A stretch of 46,119 nt of DNA, taken from positions 1 to 46,119 of the forward strand of contig NW_021832801.1 in the NCBI RefSeq assembly GCF_006345805.1, read 5' to 3'. Each line of letters begins with the position of its first letter. Position 1 is the stretch's first letter. This document shows, piece after piece, positions 1-11,874 of the stretch. The stretch is from Octopus sinensis. Its lineage: Eukaryota. The position numbers and the translations under genes were made by a program. The notes under the pieces are model-generated. The model was not told the DNA's origin. It saw only the letters and a list, made by a program, of their open reading frames with translations, and made no database searches.

Positions 1-24
1 GTATATCATGTATACACATAACAA

Positions 25-232
25 GTTCAAATTTTGGCACAAGGCCAGCATTTCGGGAGGGGATTTAAGTCGATTAGATTGACTCCAGGATTCAACTGGT
101 ATTTCTTTTATCTACCCTGGAAGGATGAAAAGCAAAGTCGACCACGGCGGAATTTGAACTCAGAATGTACAGATGGTCGAAATGCCATTAAGCATTTTGC
201 CAGCTGAACCAACAGCAAAGTTGTTGCAAGAC
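25..232 (-). mobile_element. SINE family B copy (tRNA-like head, cephalopod-type), degenerate
   Basis: Reverse complement matches the in-window copies at 21468-21990 and 30158-30512 (GAGTTCAAATTCCGCCGAGGTCGACTTTGCCTTTCATCC core). Confidence 0.8.
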
Positions 233-451
233 TAACTTTGCAGCAATCATGTATACGCAATATGTTACATATATCATACCTCGATACTGTACGAACTGAG
301 ATCCCAGCTGATAGACTGCTGATATAAAATAAAATATTCAACACTTGTCACATGGAAATTAGTGGCTCCAGTTCTGAAGCTACTGGATTACATGTATATA
401 TAACCAGTTTGGTTGCTTATTTCTCTGAGATTGGTCAAGTGATGCACATCT

Positions 452-606
452 CTGATGAGACCCCAAGAAGACCATAAATTCTCTGATGAGACCCCAGTAA
501 GAAACGAAATCTTTCTGATGAGACCCCAATAAGAACCGAAATCTTTATGATGAGACCCCAGTAAGAACCGAAAGTCTTCTAATGAGACCCCAATAAGACC
601 CGAAAA
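452..606 (+). repeat. Five tandem ~32-bp units CTGATGAGACCCCARTAAGAACCGAAA
   Basis: Unit starts at 452, 483, 515, 547, 579 (period 31-32). Confidence 0.9.
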
Positions 607-863
607 TCAATTTAGGCTCTCCATACATATTCACTCAACGAAGAAATTGTTAATGACACAAATAGGCCTTTATCGATTTCTTTTTAGTCAAACGAATTGG
701 CACCAGTATATAATTTTATTTTTTGAAATTAGGTACTAACTTAATTGGCTTCAAGGTCCGAACTACTAAGTTATTAAGACGTAAACAAACTAATACCAGT
801 CGTCAAGCAGTAGCGGGGCACAAAAACACAGATACATATACACACACACACAACACACACACA

Positions 864-894
<31 letters not shown>

Positions 895-964
895 TATATA
901 ATATACGTGTGTGTGTGTGTGTGTGTACATATATATATATATATACGTGTGTGTGTGTGTGTAC

Positions 965-1009
<45 letters not shown>

Positions 1010-2704
1010 CTTTTTATACATCATATCATCAATATCTATAAATCTGAATGCGAAAATTTGTTTGTCTGGTTTTGGCATTGGAACGGGTTAAAGGGCACTA
1101 GATCCCGTCGGATTGACTCCAAAATTTACAAAAAACATGTAAAATGAAGTGAGAATGTGAGTGGGATAGGTTAGAAATCCCTATCTTAAAAGGTGTTGTT
1201 ACTAGGGCAAAAAACGCACACTTAGACAAGTCTTCTCTCATTCTCTTATCTGCCAGTCTTCCGCCGCCTCTCTCTCTTTCCTCCATTCCTTTCACTTTCT
1301 CTCTATAACGTCGTTTGATAGCGTCTACTATATTTCCCCCGCCGCCTTCACTCTTTCGCCCACATCCTCACTTTCTCGCTCTCTCTCTCTCTCTCTCTAC
1401 GTCTGTCTGTATTCATAGAGAGAATTATTATCGGCACCACCTTAATGTTAGTGTTTTGCTGTCTGCCTTCAAGAAGACTTTTCCGTTGTCACTGCCTGAT
1501 ATTTATGATTGATCTTTCAAAATATTTACTTTCTCAACTTACTCAAAATCTTTTGTTGTTTATAAATGGGAGAGAGATAGATAGAGAAAGATAGAGAGTA
1601 AGAGAAAGCGAGGGAGAGTCCGAGAGAAAGGGAGAGCAAGAGAGTGGGAAGTGAGAGAGAAGGGAGAGAGAAACAAAGAGGTAGAATGTGGTGCTAAAAA
1701 ACAGAAAGGAAGCAACAGAAAGTAACAACCACACTCTTTCCCGCGCGTAGAGCGGGTCACCTTAAGGCAGTATATATATATGTACACATATACACATACA
1801 TATATACATACACTCACTGACTAATATATATATATATAAAAAATACAAACACACACACATGTATACATGAATACATATATACGGGCAACTAGGTACATAT
1901 GTTTTTCTAGCTCTATATATATATGCATATGTACAAATGTATGTATGTATATATGTATTCATACATGCATGTATGTATATGTGTATGTATGTAAGCAGTT
2001 ATCTATGTACTCTTGTATGTGTGTAAAGATGTATATGATACATGTGTGTGTAATTCTGTTACAGAGAGGAAGAGGGAGAGAAATGAGCGAGAGAGAGTGG
2101 GGAGCGAGAGAACGCGAGAGAGGAAAGAGCTAGAGGTGGTGGCAGTTATGTATAAGGGGGGGGGGACACATTTCTCCCCGCTTTGCATTGAAAGATTGCA
2201 AGATTAACTGATTAAACCGTCATGTGGGAAAGTTTGAATTTATTTCCTCTTAGAAGGAAAAACATTCCATATGTATATATATATACAACTTTGTCACCTA
2301 CACTTCCATCTATTCGACCCCGACTACACAGTCTCATAATGTGACAGACAGGGTGTTAGAAGACCAAGTGAGTAGGAAGGCGGGTGAGGCTAGATTAAAT
2401 TATAACGTCCAGAAGAACTGGGCCCCATTAAAATGCTTTCCACGCAAACAAAAGTGGCATTCCATTCAGTCAGTCACTTCATTGCCTCTCTGACGTCATC
2501 GCATGTATTATTTTACATCACCACTTGTTTGAATTCTTGTTTGCATCACATCCCAACGATGTGTGTTAATTATTCGAGAGTATGTATGCGCGTCTATGCG
2601 TGTGTGCGCGGGTATATATATATATATGTGTGTGTGTGTATGTGTGCATGTGTATCTGTTGTGTATGTGTGCATGTGTATCAGTTGTGTGTGCATAACGG
2701 CGCA

Positions 2705-3090
2705 GACGTGTGTATGCCGATAGTAATTAGCTTCTAAACCACATGGTTCCGGGTTCAGTCTCACTGCGTGGCACCTTGGGCAAGTGTCTTCTATTCTACC
2801 TTCAGACCGGCACAATCCTTTTGAATGGATGTGGAAGATGGAAACTGAAAGAAGCCCACCGTATTGTGTTTATATTTATGTGCGCATGTGTGCGCGAGTT
2901 TTATCTCCAGCACCATTTCGCAACCCGCGCTGGTTGGTTTACGTCCCCGTAACTTAGTGGTTTGGCAATAGAATAGAATAAGTTTCTGGCTTAAAAAGAA
3001 AATTTAATACTGGGGTCTATTCGTGTGGTTAAAATTCTTCAGAACGGTGCCCCAGCTTGGCCGCAGTTGAATGGCTGAAACAAGCACAAG
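2705..3090 (+). mobile_element. SINE family A copy (tRNA-like head), degenerate
   Basis: CCACATGGTTCCGGGTTCAGTCTCACTGCGTGGCACCTTGGGCAAGTGTC head and the GCCGCAGT..ACTGAAACAAG tail shared with other copies. Confidence 0.85.
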
Positions 3091-3295
3091 AAATATGTAT
3101 GTATATATCTTTTGTGTTTTATCTTTTACTTGTCTCAATTACTGGACTGCGGCCATGCTGCAGCAGATCTTTGAAGGATTTTGTTAAATAAATCATCAGT
3201 CTTATTTATTTTTTCCAGCGTGTCCTTCTCTCTAACCGTTAAGTTACCGGCATAAGAACAAACTAATGTATACACTTATACATATACATATAGAA

Positions 3296-3451
3296 GTGGC
3301 TGTGTGGTAAGTAGCTTGCTTGCCAACCACATGGTTCCGGGTTCGGTCCCACAGCGTGGCACCTTGGACAAGTGTCTTCTTCTATAGCCTCGGACCGACC
3401 AAAGCCTTGTGAGTGGATTTGATAGACGGAAACTAAAAGAATCTCGTCGTA

Positions 3452-3538
<87 letters not shown>

Positions 3539-3735
3539 TGTTTGTCCCCCACCCGAAAACATCGCTTGACAACCGATGCTGGTGTGTTTACGTCCCCGTA
3601 GCTTAGCGCTTCGGCAAAAAGATAAGTACTAGGCTTACAAAGAATAAATCCTGGGGGCGATTTGCTCAACTAAAGGCGGTGCACCAACATCGCCGCAGTC
3701 AAATGACTGAAACAAGTAAAATGAGTAAAAGAGTA
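3296..3735 (+). mobile_element. SINE family A copy, near full length, with internal (TA)n(TG)n
   Basis: GGCTGTGTGGTAAG A-box-like and GGGTTCGGTCCC B-box-like head, internal microsatellite, AAAAGAGT-type tail; homologous to 38004-38372 and 22248-22715. Confidence 0.9.
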
Positions 3736-3966
3736 AATGAGACATAGAAACATTTGTATTCATATATGCATAAACATATATATATACAAACACTCACAAA
3801 CACACACACATTCATATATATCATTAAAAAGGCGAAGTTGTTATGATTTTTGGACGATATCTGATGATGGGTGAGCATGGTTTTTCCTTGTGCGTGGTTT
3901 TTTCCTTGAGCTCGTTTGTTGTCCTTCTGTGCAATTTTTAATCTTATACACACACACTAACGGAGA

Positions 3967-4005
<39 letters not shown>

Positions 4006-5029
4006 AGAGAGAGAGAGTAAAAGACAGAGTAAAAGAGCGAGTAAGAGAGAGAGAGAGATAGGAGCGATTGTAATCGACATCAACGTCAGAAACCCTACAT
4101 GGTTTCTAAACCTGCTAGTAATAGCAAGCAACGAACATCTCAGTCACATCTAACGGTTTGAAATGAAGCACACATCGAACGATGAAATCAAGTGTCTATA
4201 AAAATATGAGGGAGACGGCCATGGCTGGAATGTTCTTAATTACAAGTCTGTTACCTCAATTAGGTCTAATCTCGGGCGGAATTTTCTTGAAAAATTCTTT
4301 GAAGTTTGGTGAGGAAAGGGTGGAGAAAGGAGACAGAGTGAAAAACAATGAGAGAAGAGGAGAAAATAGAGATACAGAGGGGTGGGGAGAAGGTCTGTAG
4401 AGTACAGTGAGTATATTTTTAATTATGTATGTTAAAATATGTATTAAATTTAATTAGATTTTATTTAGATTTAAGCTTGGGCCTAAAAGCCACATATTTA
4501 TCCTTCTTCACAGACGTAATATTACCGGTCGCAAGCATTTTTTAAAAAATTAAGAATGCAATTACAATATGTATGACTGAAAAAGTAATTATTCGTCTTT
4601 CCCCAACTCACTCTGTCACTGCCTTCTCTCATTCGCTCTCTACAGTATGTATACTCATACAAATATAAATACATACACACCCATGTATATCCAAACATGC
4701 ATACAAACATATATACATCTACATTTACACACACACACATAAAAAATATATATATACATATATACATATATATATATGTATATATATAGAAGGTAGCATA
4801 TATAGACCCGGCCCTTCCAAAACCAGCATTCTATCATCAGGATAAGTCAAGTTACAATAACATAAATAATATAAGTAGTGATGGTACCCTGAGGAATGTC
4901 GATACAAGTACAACTAGCATAAATATAGATAACATAAATAATTTGCGGTTCAGGGGAGGCATCGTAGGCCAAAACCCATTATTCAACCCAGAGATGCCCA
5001 CCTTAATGTTAGAGTTGACTCCCCGAGCC

Positions 5030-5990
5030 AGTACAAGAACAAGAAGAAAATATTTGGTTTGTAATTCCTTTGGTAAACAAATAAGATCTAACCTACCGTT
5101 GCAGTTTCGCCAAGCAATTGCCAGAAATTTTCCCAGAAATTCGAGATATTACTCCACTGTAAATCACACAAAGTTAGGATAGCCTTCTCCAATACTAAAA
5201 TCTTTCACAGATAATTTCCTCCCATAACAATAAGCTGCTAAATAAGACCCTCTCACCCATGAGCGGAGACTCTGCTCCGTCTAATTCCAACATAACACGC
5301 AGTAATAATAATAATGATAATAATAGAACTGGCACAGATATTAGCAACCACCATACCAACATTGGAGTTAGTAATAGTAATAAGGATAAGAGCAATGATC
5401 TCGTCATTAACGTAAGTAATGGTAATAAGGATAAGAGCACTGATCTAGTCATTAATGTAGGGAGTCCCAACAATAATATTAGCAGCGGTTTTAACAACAG
5501 TAGTATTACGGACATTAGCGATCACAGCATTCACAGTAACAGGGAATATGCAGGTGATATTGCCTTAAATAGTTATGATAATGGGGTGAATAATATCGAA
5601 TCCAGCGGTAGTTCTTACAATCATCATAGTAATAAGAACGCTGTATTAATACCGGAAACCAATCCCAATAGAATAAGGTTCTTATCTAGTAACTCCAAGA
5701 TTAGAAACGCCATTTCCAGTGCAGAGTTATACTGATTCAGATGTCTACATTTATATCGGAGCTTATCATCGAAATTGGCTGTTAGAATATCGAATCATTT
5801 TTCCACGTTTCGTGATAAGGAAAAGCAACACGCTACGGGACTAAGTAAATTAGTCTGGCGTTTGAAGAACGCGAATTCAACTTTTAGACTGGAATGGCCA
5901 AAAAATCTGTGCTCTTTGTAACTCGGAACTCTTTCATATTCTGTTCGCCCGAGGGCACCTTGTTAACTCGATTGTGCAAAATTCTTTCAG
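5030..5990 (+). mobile_element. Penelope-like element (PLE) remnant: RT thumb, Asn-rich linker, GIY-YIG endonuclease; frameshifted
   Basis: Stitched translation RRK-IWFxxPFGKQIRSNL..FRQAIARNFP..KLRIAFSNTK..SQIISSHNNKLL, then YIYIGA..SNHFSTFRDKEKQHATGLSKLVWRLKN..LEW..CSLCxSELFHIL..LVN; these match PLE thumb and GIY-YIG motifs I recognise. Confidence 0.85.
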
Positions 5991-6624
5991 ATGCCCACAC
6001 TGGAAACGGCATACATTTCTCTCATACCAATGAAGTCTAATATAGTTAACCCTTTGATTTCCTAAGAAAATGAAAAAAATTTGAATTAAATTTGTAAGGG
6101 GATATCACTCCCCTGTTAGTGTAAGAACTGCTAGTTGTCTAGAACTGCTGACATCCCTGTCAGCAGCACTGTATCCTGCCATGACCATTGTTGACACCCG
6201 GCTCTCTCTATCAACTGGTTACAGACGAACACACAGACAGTCTTTTCTGTTGCTTGACCATTAATACCAGCTATATCTCTCTCCCCTGCTGCCTTCTAAA
6301 CACACTGCCCCACATACATAGACGCACACACACATACATGAAAGCAATTTCTCACACTCAAACACTCTAGCACTCATTCTTAAAACAATTCAAATATTAA
6401 CACCAGTCATACAGAATACATTCACACTCTTTGATTTTCCTGTACTCCCCTTCTGTTAACCGGATTTTGACCTTGAATTATCTCAACGGACTTTCTCGTC
6501 GGCTTTCACCCAGCCTGGCGTCAACGCATATTGATAGACAGTTTGTGCCATTTATTCCATGGGCTCCTCGTGAGCGTTTGTCGAAAAGCTTGCTGTGCAT
6601 TTTGTTGGAGAATTAAGTTCCTGG

Positions 6625-6710
6625 ATTTTCCTGAAGAGAAGGCTGCAAAATGGACTCCTTATTCAATCCGAATTAGGGACTTTGCAGCCTTTGAAACATA
6701 TGTAGAAAAT
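6625..6710 (+). ncRNA. Type I hammerhead ribozyme motif (PLE-type), complete
   Basis: Stem I ATTTTC/GAAAAT (6 bp); core CTGAAGA 6631-6637; 12-bp stem II 6638-6649/6681-6692; GAAA 6693-6696; palindromic stem III ACATATGT; GUA site with predicted cleavage after 6704. Confidence 0.88.
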
Positions 6711-6911
6711 AATAAAAAGGAATTTTGTTAAATCTTCGTTCAGCTCCATTTCTTCCTACACTAAATATATAAAACTTCAAATTTCCGCACTAAGGCACGG
6801 ATTTTAGGTCTCATGGTCGTAACCTCAACCGTGCTTTTTCTGTTGTGATTTTTGCTACCAGGTGTCGGTTATCATTTGAATAATCCGTAATAAGATAATT
6901 CATTTATCTAC

Positions 6912-6968
<57 letters not shown>

Positions 6969-7122
6969 TTATTTAAAGCAGCAGAAAATTCAACAAAACA
7001 TGCTACTCTGAGTTTCACGTTTCCGTTCGTTGGATAGCTTTTGCTAGAAAAAACTGTCCGACGAACAGAAACGTGAAACTCAGAGTAACAGGTTTTGTTG
7101 AATTTTCTGCTGCTTTAAATAA
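6969..7122. repeat. Foldback with ~66-bp inverted arms, each carrying a minimal hammerhead-like motif
   Basis: TTATTTAAAGCAGCAGAAAATTCAACAAAAC..CTCTGAGTTTCACGTTTC is mirrored by GAAACGTGAAACTCAGAG..GTTTTGTTGAATTTTCTGCTGCTTTAAATAA; spacer about 20 nt. Confidence 0.92.
7054..7091 (+). ncRNA. Minimal hammerhead variant with CCGACGA core
   Basis: Stem I CTGT/ACAG; core CCGACGA (U4->C); stem II ACa-GAAA-CGT (ACG-GAAA-CGT in the mirror copy); GAAA; stem III ACTCAGAGT; GUA site. Confidence 0.6.
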
Positions 7123-7287
7123 AGCATATTACTCTACCACTGGTATTTGAGTACTCTTTTTCCACCTTGTTTCACATTTATGTGTTTACTCCGGTATATA
7201 TATACATATACATATACATATACACATACAAATACATATATAAGCACAGGTACATACATATATATATACATACATATATGCATACAT

Positions 7288-7324
<37 letters not shown>

Positions 7325-7327
7325 TAT

Positions 7328-7424
<97 letters not shown>
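7328..7424. repeat. (GATA)n microsatellite
   Basis: Direct reading. Confidence 0.97.
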
Positions 7425-7425
<1 letters not shown>

Positions 7426-7974
7426 GAGTGTATTTTCCTCTTGTTAACGGAAATATATACAATTAGTTACACCATTTTATTCCTTTGGAATAATATCAGT
7501 GATATCTTCGAAACATGTGTCGGAAGTAAAAGAATTTGAATAACATCTACGTTTAACTCCATTTATATATGTATATAATTGAAGTTGCAGAAATGACGTA
7601 CACGGAATGAATAATGTGACGTAATCCAATGGTAGAAATAGATCCATGAATCGGGTGCTCTTCCGAAACAAGAAAAACTGGAGAGTCCAAGATGAAGGAG
7701 GCAAAAAAGTTGCCAACAATCACGTGTGGTTTACATTTTTGAAATGACTGGAAGTCAGTGCTTTCTGGGATAAGATGTACACACGCGTATCAACGAATTT
7801 AGAAGTCCAAAAGAGCCTTGAACGTGGGTAGTGTCCGTCTCGAATTCTCCGAAAGAAAAAAAAACATGGAAAAGAAATCCAAAAGAAATCGCTTACGTAG
7901 ATATGTGTTTACCAAAGCTATATACACGCAAGCATACATGCATGCATGTATACATACATACATACATACATGGT

Positions 7975-8077
7975 TCCTGCCCCCTCGTTATCGAGTATGG
8001 CCATTGCACGAAGCTTAATCAATGTTGTTATCGTGCAATGCCTGTGCAAGAAGATATTTTTAAAGTGAGGAAAGGCT
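7975..8077 (-). mobile_element. 5'-truncated copy (3' ~100 nt) of the RTE-related non-autonomous element at 11875-12225
   Basis: Near-identical to 11883-11988 (CCCCTCGTTATCGAGTATGGCCATTGCACGAAGCTTAATCAATGTTGTTATCGTGCAAT..AAAGTGAGGAAAGGCT); abuts a (CATA)n tract. Confidence 0.75.
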
Positions 8078-9033
8078 AAGAGACAGCAGGCGATATAGAT
8101 AGAGTAAGGAATCAGATAGCAAATAGAAAGGCTAAGAGACAGCAGGCGATATAGATAGGGTATAAGGACCAGGGCAGTTAGAAAGGGTAAGAGCGATATA
8201 GACAGAGGGAGATGAGGGGAGTGGAAGAAGGACAGAGACGAAGTGAGGTCTGGCAGTTCGCAGTTGGTCGTCAGGAAGGACGGATCTGGGTAGTTGGTAG
8301 CTGGTCGTCAAGAAGGGCAGTCGTTGAGCGGTCGTCGAGGAACACAGACGGATCTTGGAGTTGGAGTCGGTCGTCGAAGAAGGACAGTCGGATTCTGGAA
8401 ATCAGAGCGAGTAGGTGAAAATTTAGGGAGCAAGCGTTGGAATTCTTAGGAGCAAGTTGGGTGCGAGAAAGCTTGGCGGCACAGAAGGGAATTAGCAGTA
8501 TTCAGAGGAATTAGCAGTATTGAGAGGAATGGGACACTGGCAGATTCAATTAGGAACTGAGGTATGTGATTTGTGTATTGAACAGTCAAGGACTCTGTCG
8601 ATGTGGTCGATAAAGGACATTGTGAAGAAGAAGAGTAAAGGACTTGTTGATTGTGATGTTTAGGAAGAGACTTTAAAGAACTGTTGTCTTGGAACGTGTA
8701 CTCTTGAATTGTTACATGATGTTGTATTATGCTTTCAGTTGTACTCTTGAAATGCTGTTGTATTATGTATTGAGTAGTCACGTGCATGCTTTGATGTATC
8801 TTGATGTTGTAACAATTGTAATTGTCGTATAAACTGTTGTTTGAATATAAGCCAGTGTTGCCAGTTGTTGCCTTGCCTCTTTGGGTTGTATCTCGGGTTG
8901 TGCCTCTGTATCTCTGTGTTGAGGTTGTGGCAGTATCTATCTGTATCTCCTCTCTCCGCCTCTTTGGGTTCCGTGGCGGAACTTGTGTGAGCCGTTCGGG
9001 ACGGGCGACGACGGGTGATTCCGTTTCGTAACA
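8078..9033 (+). mobile_element. Possible solo-LTR-like or unclassified element
   Basis: Internal direct subrepeats (~56-bp period at 8071/8127, 20-bp at ~8489-8530), ATAAACTGTTG motif, ends in TCGTAACA. The 5' TG end and a TSD were not found. Confidence 0.3.
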
Positions 9034-9529
9034 ATATATTATTGCGGCGTAACGTACATCTTGTTCTCTAATGTATGTAAGCATTCCACTATTGTACGAC
9101 TTCTACACACACTTTCTCTATACTTCACTAGTCTCTGTCTTTCTGTTTTCTTGCCTCTGATTCTTTGGTCTCCTCTTCCCCCACTTTCTCACATTTCTCT
9201 GTCTTTCTCACTTTGCACCTCACTGATTCTGTCGCCAAGCCAATCCTTGGCACGCTCTCTTTCTTCTCCCCTCTTTTATTCCTTCTTTCTCTCTCTTCTG
9301 CCCCCCCCTTTGGTGCCTTTGTCCTTCTTTTTCTCTCTTTCTTTGATTCCTTTGCCCCCTTTTTTTCTCTCTCTTCTCCTCTCACGTGACCGCCGGTCAA
9401 CTAGCCTTTCGGCTTCTGAGCACCGCCACGCCAACATCGTTTTCTTCGTCTGCCGCAAAGGCATTTTTTGTCCTAATACGCCAGCTAAGCTAAGTTGAAC
9501 TGTCTAAAGTCGTAAGACACCCGCCGTTT

Positions 9530-9830
9530 TTGTCCTGTCATTACTATTATTGTTTTTTGTATTTATATTAGTGTGGCATCGTCCGTTTTTCTGTCCTTGT
9601 TTCGTAAACATTCGATCCTTTTTCCAAGAAATCTAATGCTCGTAGCTTAGTTTTTCCTTGGGGATGGCCGGATCGGAGCGATCGCAAGATTAATCAGCCG
9701 AAATTGCGAGGATGATCCGGTTCTTGACTGAAGATTAGAGGCTTCTAATGACCCGTCCGCCTTTTGTGTCGTCTCTTTGAGTGTTTTACGTTCTTGTCCC
9801 ATTTTGTATTTTTATATATATTTTTTAGAC
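9530..9830. repeat. Unclassified dispersed repeat; partial inverted copy at ~23235-23340
   Basis: GTGTTTTACGTTCTTGTCCCATTTTGTATTT resembles the reverse complement of 23240-23275. Confidence 0.5.
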
Positions 9831-9864
9831 ATATATATATATATATATATATATTTAGATTCTA

Positions 9865-10035
9865 CAGACAAATTAGTTATTAGACCAAAATTAGTTTAGA
9901 CAAAAATTTCTTTATACTGAAGGGCATTTACGCAAAAATGTCTTTAGATTATAGTATATTTATACAAAAGTCACTTTAGACCAAAGTTCTTTCGACCATA
10001 GGGCATTAGACCGAATTATTTCAGACGAAAAGACC
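9865..10035. repeat. Degenerate 15-16-bp periodic array (TAGACC-type motif), 11 units
   Basis: Motif starts at 9865, 9881, 9897, 9913, 9929, 9945, 9961, 9977, 9992, 10007, 10022. Confidence 0.75.
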
Positions 10036-10060
10036 TAGCTAGATTCATATAAACATACAT

Positions 10061-10290
10061 ATTATTACTGGCACAACAGGATACATGCCAACCCGACTAG
10101 AACAAAGTATGACTGAATTGGGGTTCAGCAAATCTTTAATTCACATACTACAAAGGATCGTAATATCTGGGACCATATAAATCTGCAAGGCTTTACGATT
10201 TAAAGGATGATCAATAAAAAGAGAGACTTCCCTTTACAACCTTACTACCAAGTAAGTGGACAGTCAAAATTTATTCTAACACCAAGGGAA
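10061..10290 (+). mobile_element. 3' end fragment of a restriction-like-endonuclease (REL) LINE
   Basis: IITGTTGYMPTRLEQSMTELGFSKSLIHILQRIVISGTI*ICKALRFKG* (10061-10210) parallels the C-terminus IPVVIGALG..IQKIVLMGTAHILRK of the R4/Dong element at 27.6 kb. Confidence 0.6.
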
Positions 10291-10446
10291 AGAGAATATA
10301 CATACACATAGGCATACATACGTACATACATACGTACGTGCATACACACATACATACATACGTACGTACATACTCACATACATACATGCATACATACACA
10401 TATACATGCATACATACATTCATACACTCACACAAACACACTTATG

Positions 10447-10477
<31 letters not shown>

Positions 10478-10640
10478 ATATACGTATATACATACGTGTC
10501 TGTAAGGATCTTTGATTTTATTTTCTTAGAGAGCATTAGGAAATTCACAGCGTAAGAAAAGTTAAGCGAAACTAAATGTCACATTCATTTCCACCAGGTA
10601 CTTGCGTTCAACTCTCTGACGATCGGCCTTGAAGATCTGT

Positions 10641-10791
<151 letters not shown>

Positions 10792-11874
10792 ATATATATA
10801 TAATATATATATATATATATAATATATATAATATATATCAATGTAGCTAGCTATTAATGGATTGATCTTCATGCAGCGATTTGACGGCCGGTACTGATCT
10901 CTTCCTGGTAGCTTGACCTGTTTTAAAATAGCAGCAAAATCTCGTCATTTAAATAACGATAGGGATTCCTGCAATACACAGTACCAAAAAAATATTTTTA
11001 ATTAAAATAAAATATAGGAAGACGAAATGGCCACGATCGGAAAGCCGTCAAGGAAGTCTACAACTAAACTGCATTGCCACAACAAAAGTAAAAACAAAAA
11101 TCTCACAACAAAACCCTGACAAGTGGTACAAAACGTGCTAGTTTAGGGATATTGAAAATAGGTAAATATAATGAGGGTGTCTGCATTGAACAGCGTAGAA
11201 TATCAGAACAAACTTCACAGCGGAAGTTCATAGATTTGTAAAGAGGTGGTAGGTAGGTGTTTGCGCAAATAAACCGGAAACACTTAGCGGATGTTCAGGC
11301 GAGCACAACCTGCTTAACAACAACCTCCCTCTTCTGTAAAATACTCCACAGACCTCTTTCCGCCTTTTCCGTTTGAATTAAGCAACAGAATCGGATATTC
11401 AAGCTGTTGTTACCCTAACCGCTGCGGCATATTTGACCCCTTGTTTTGCTCCAGATCGTACTTTGTGTCTTACACACACAGCCACACACACACAAATGCA
11501 CACACATATTCATGTACGTGTGTGTGTATAGAATAATAGATATATATATGTATTTGTATATGTATATTGTGTATGTGTGTGTATGCACACACACACACAT
11601 ATATATATACGTATATATATTTACGTATATGCACGTATATTTGTACGTATGAAATTTATAATACAAGAAAATGGAAAGAGCAGGCTTTAACCCAAAACAC
11701 TACAATTGTTTATATATATTGTTATATACATATTATATAAATATGACCCAAAAATAGCCGTGTACTCGCACGCCATAAGGTGAGTTGTTGTGAGAGTACT
11801 GATATATACATACATACATACAAACATACGTACATACATACATACATAAATACATACATACGTAGATACATATA

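Noticed and set aside
452-606. CRISPR-like appearance of this array and the one at 9865-10035
   Set aside because: No unique 25-40-nt spacers, units too short, eukaryotic repeat context and no cas genes.
1050-1092. GGGTTAA here and TTAACCC at 6047 as possible piggyBac-type termini
   Set aside because: Wrong relative orientation to bound one element, and no matching partner TIR found.
3296-3360. tRNA-gene-like A/B boxes here and at 36511, 38004 and 32993(-)
   Set aside because: They are SINE heads continuing into repeat bodies; no complete cloverleaf, so not called tRNA genes.
4790-4845. Minus-strand CTGATGA, and similar isolated cores at 3862, 9730, 29246(-), 32074 and 39805
   Set aside because: No correctly placed GAAA, stem III and NUH; such 7-mers are expected by chance.
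11150-11260. Minus-strand FRCEVC suggesting a zinc finger
   Set aside because: No His pair at the required spacing and no supporting exon structure.
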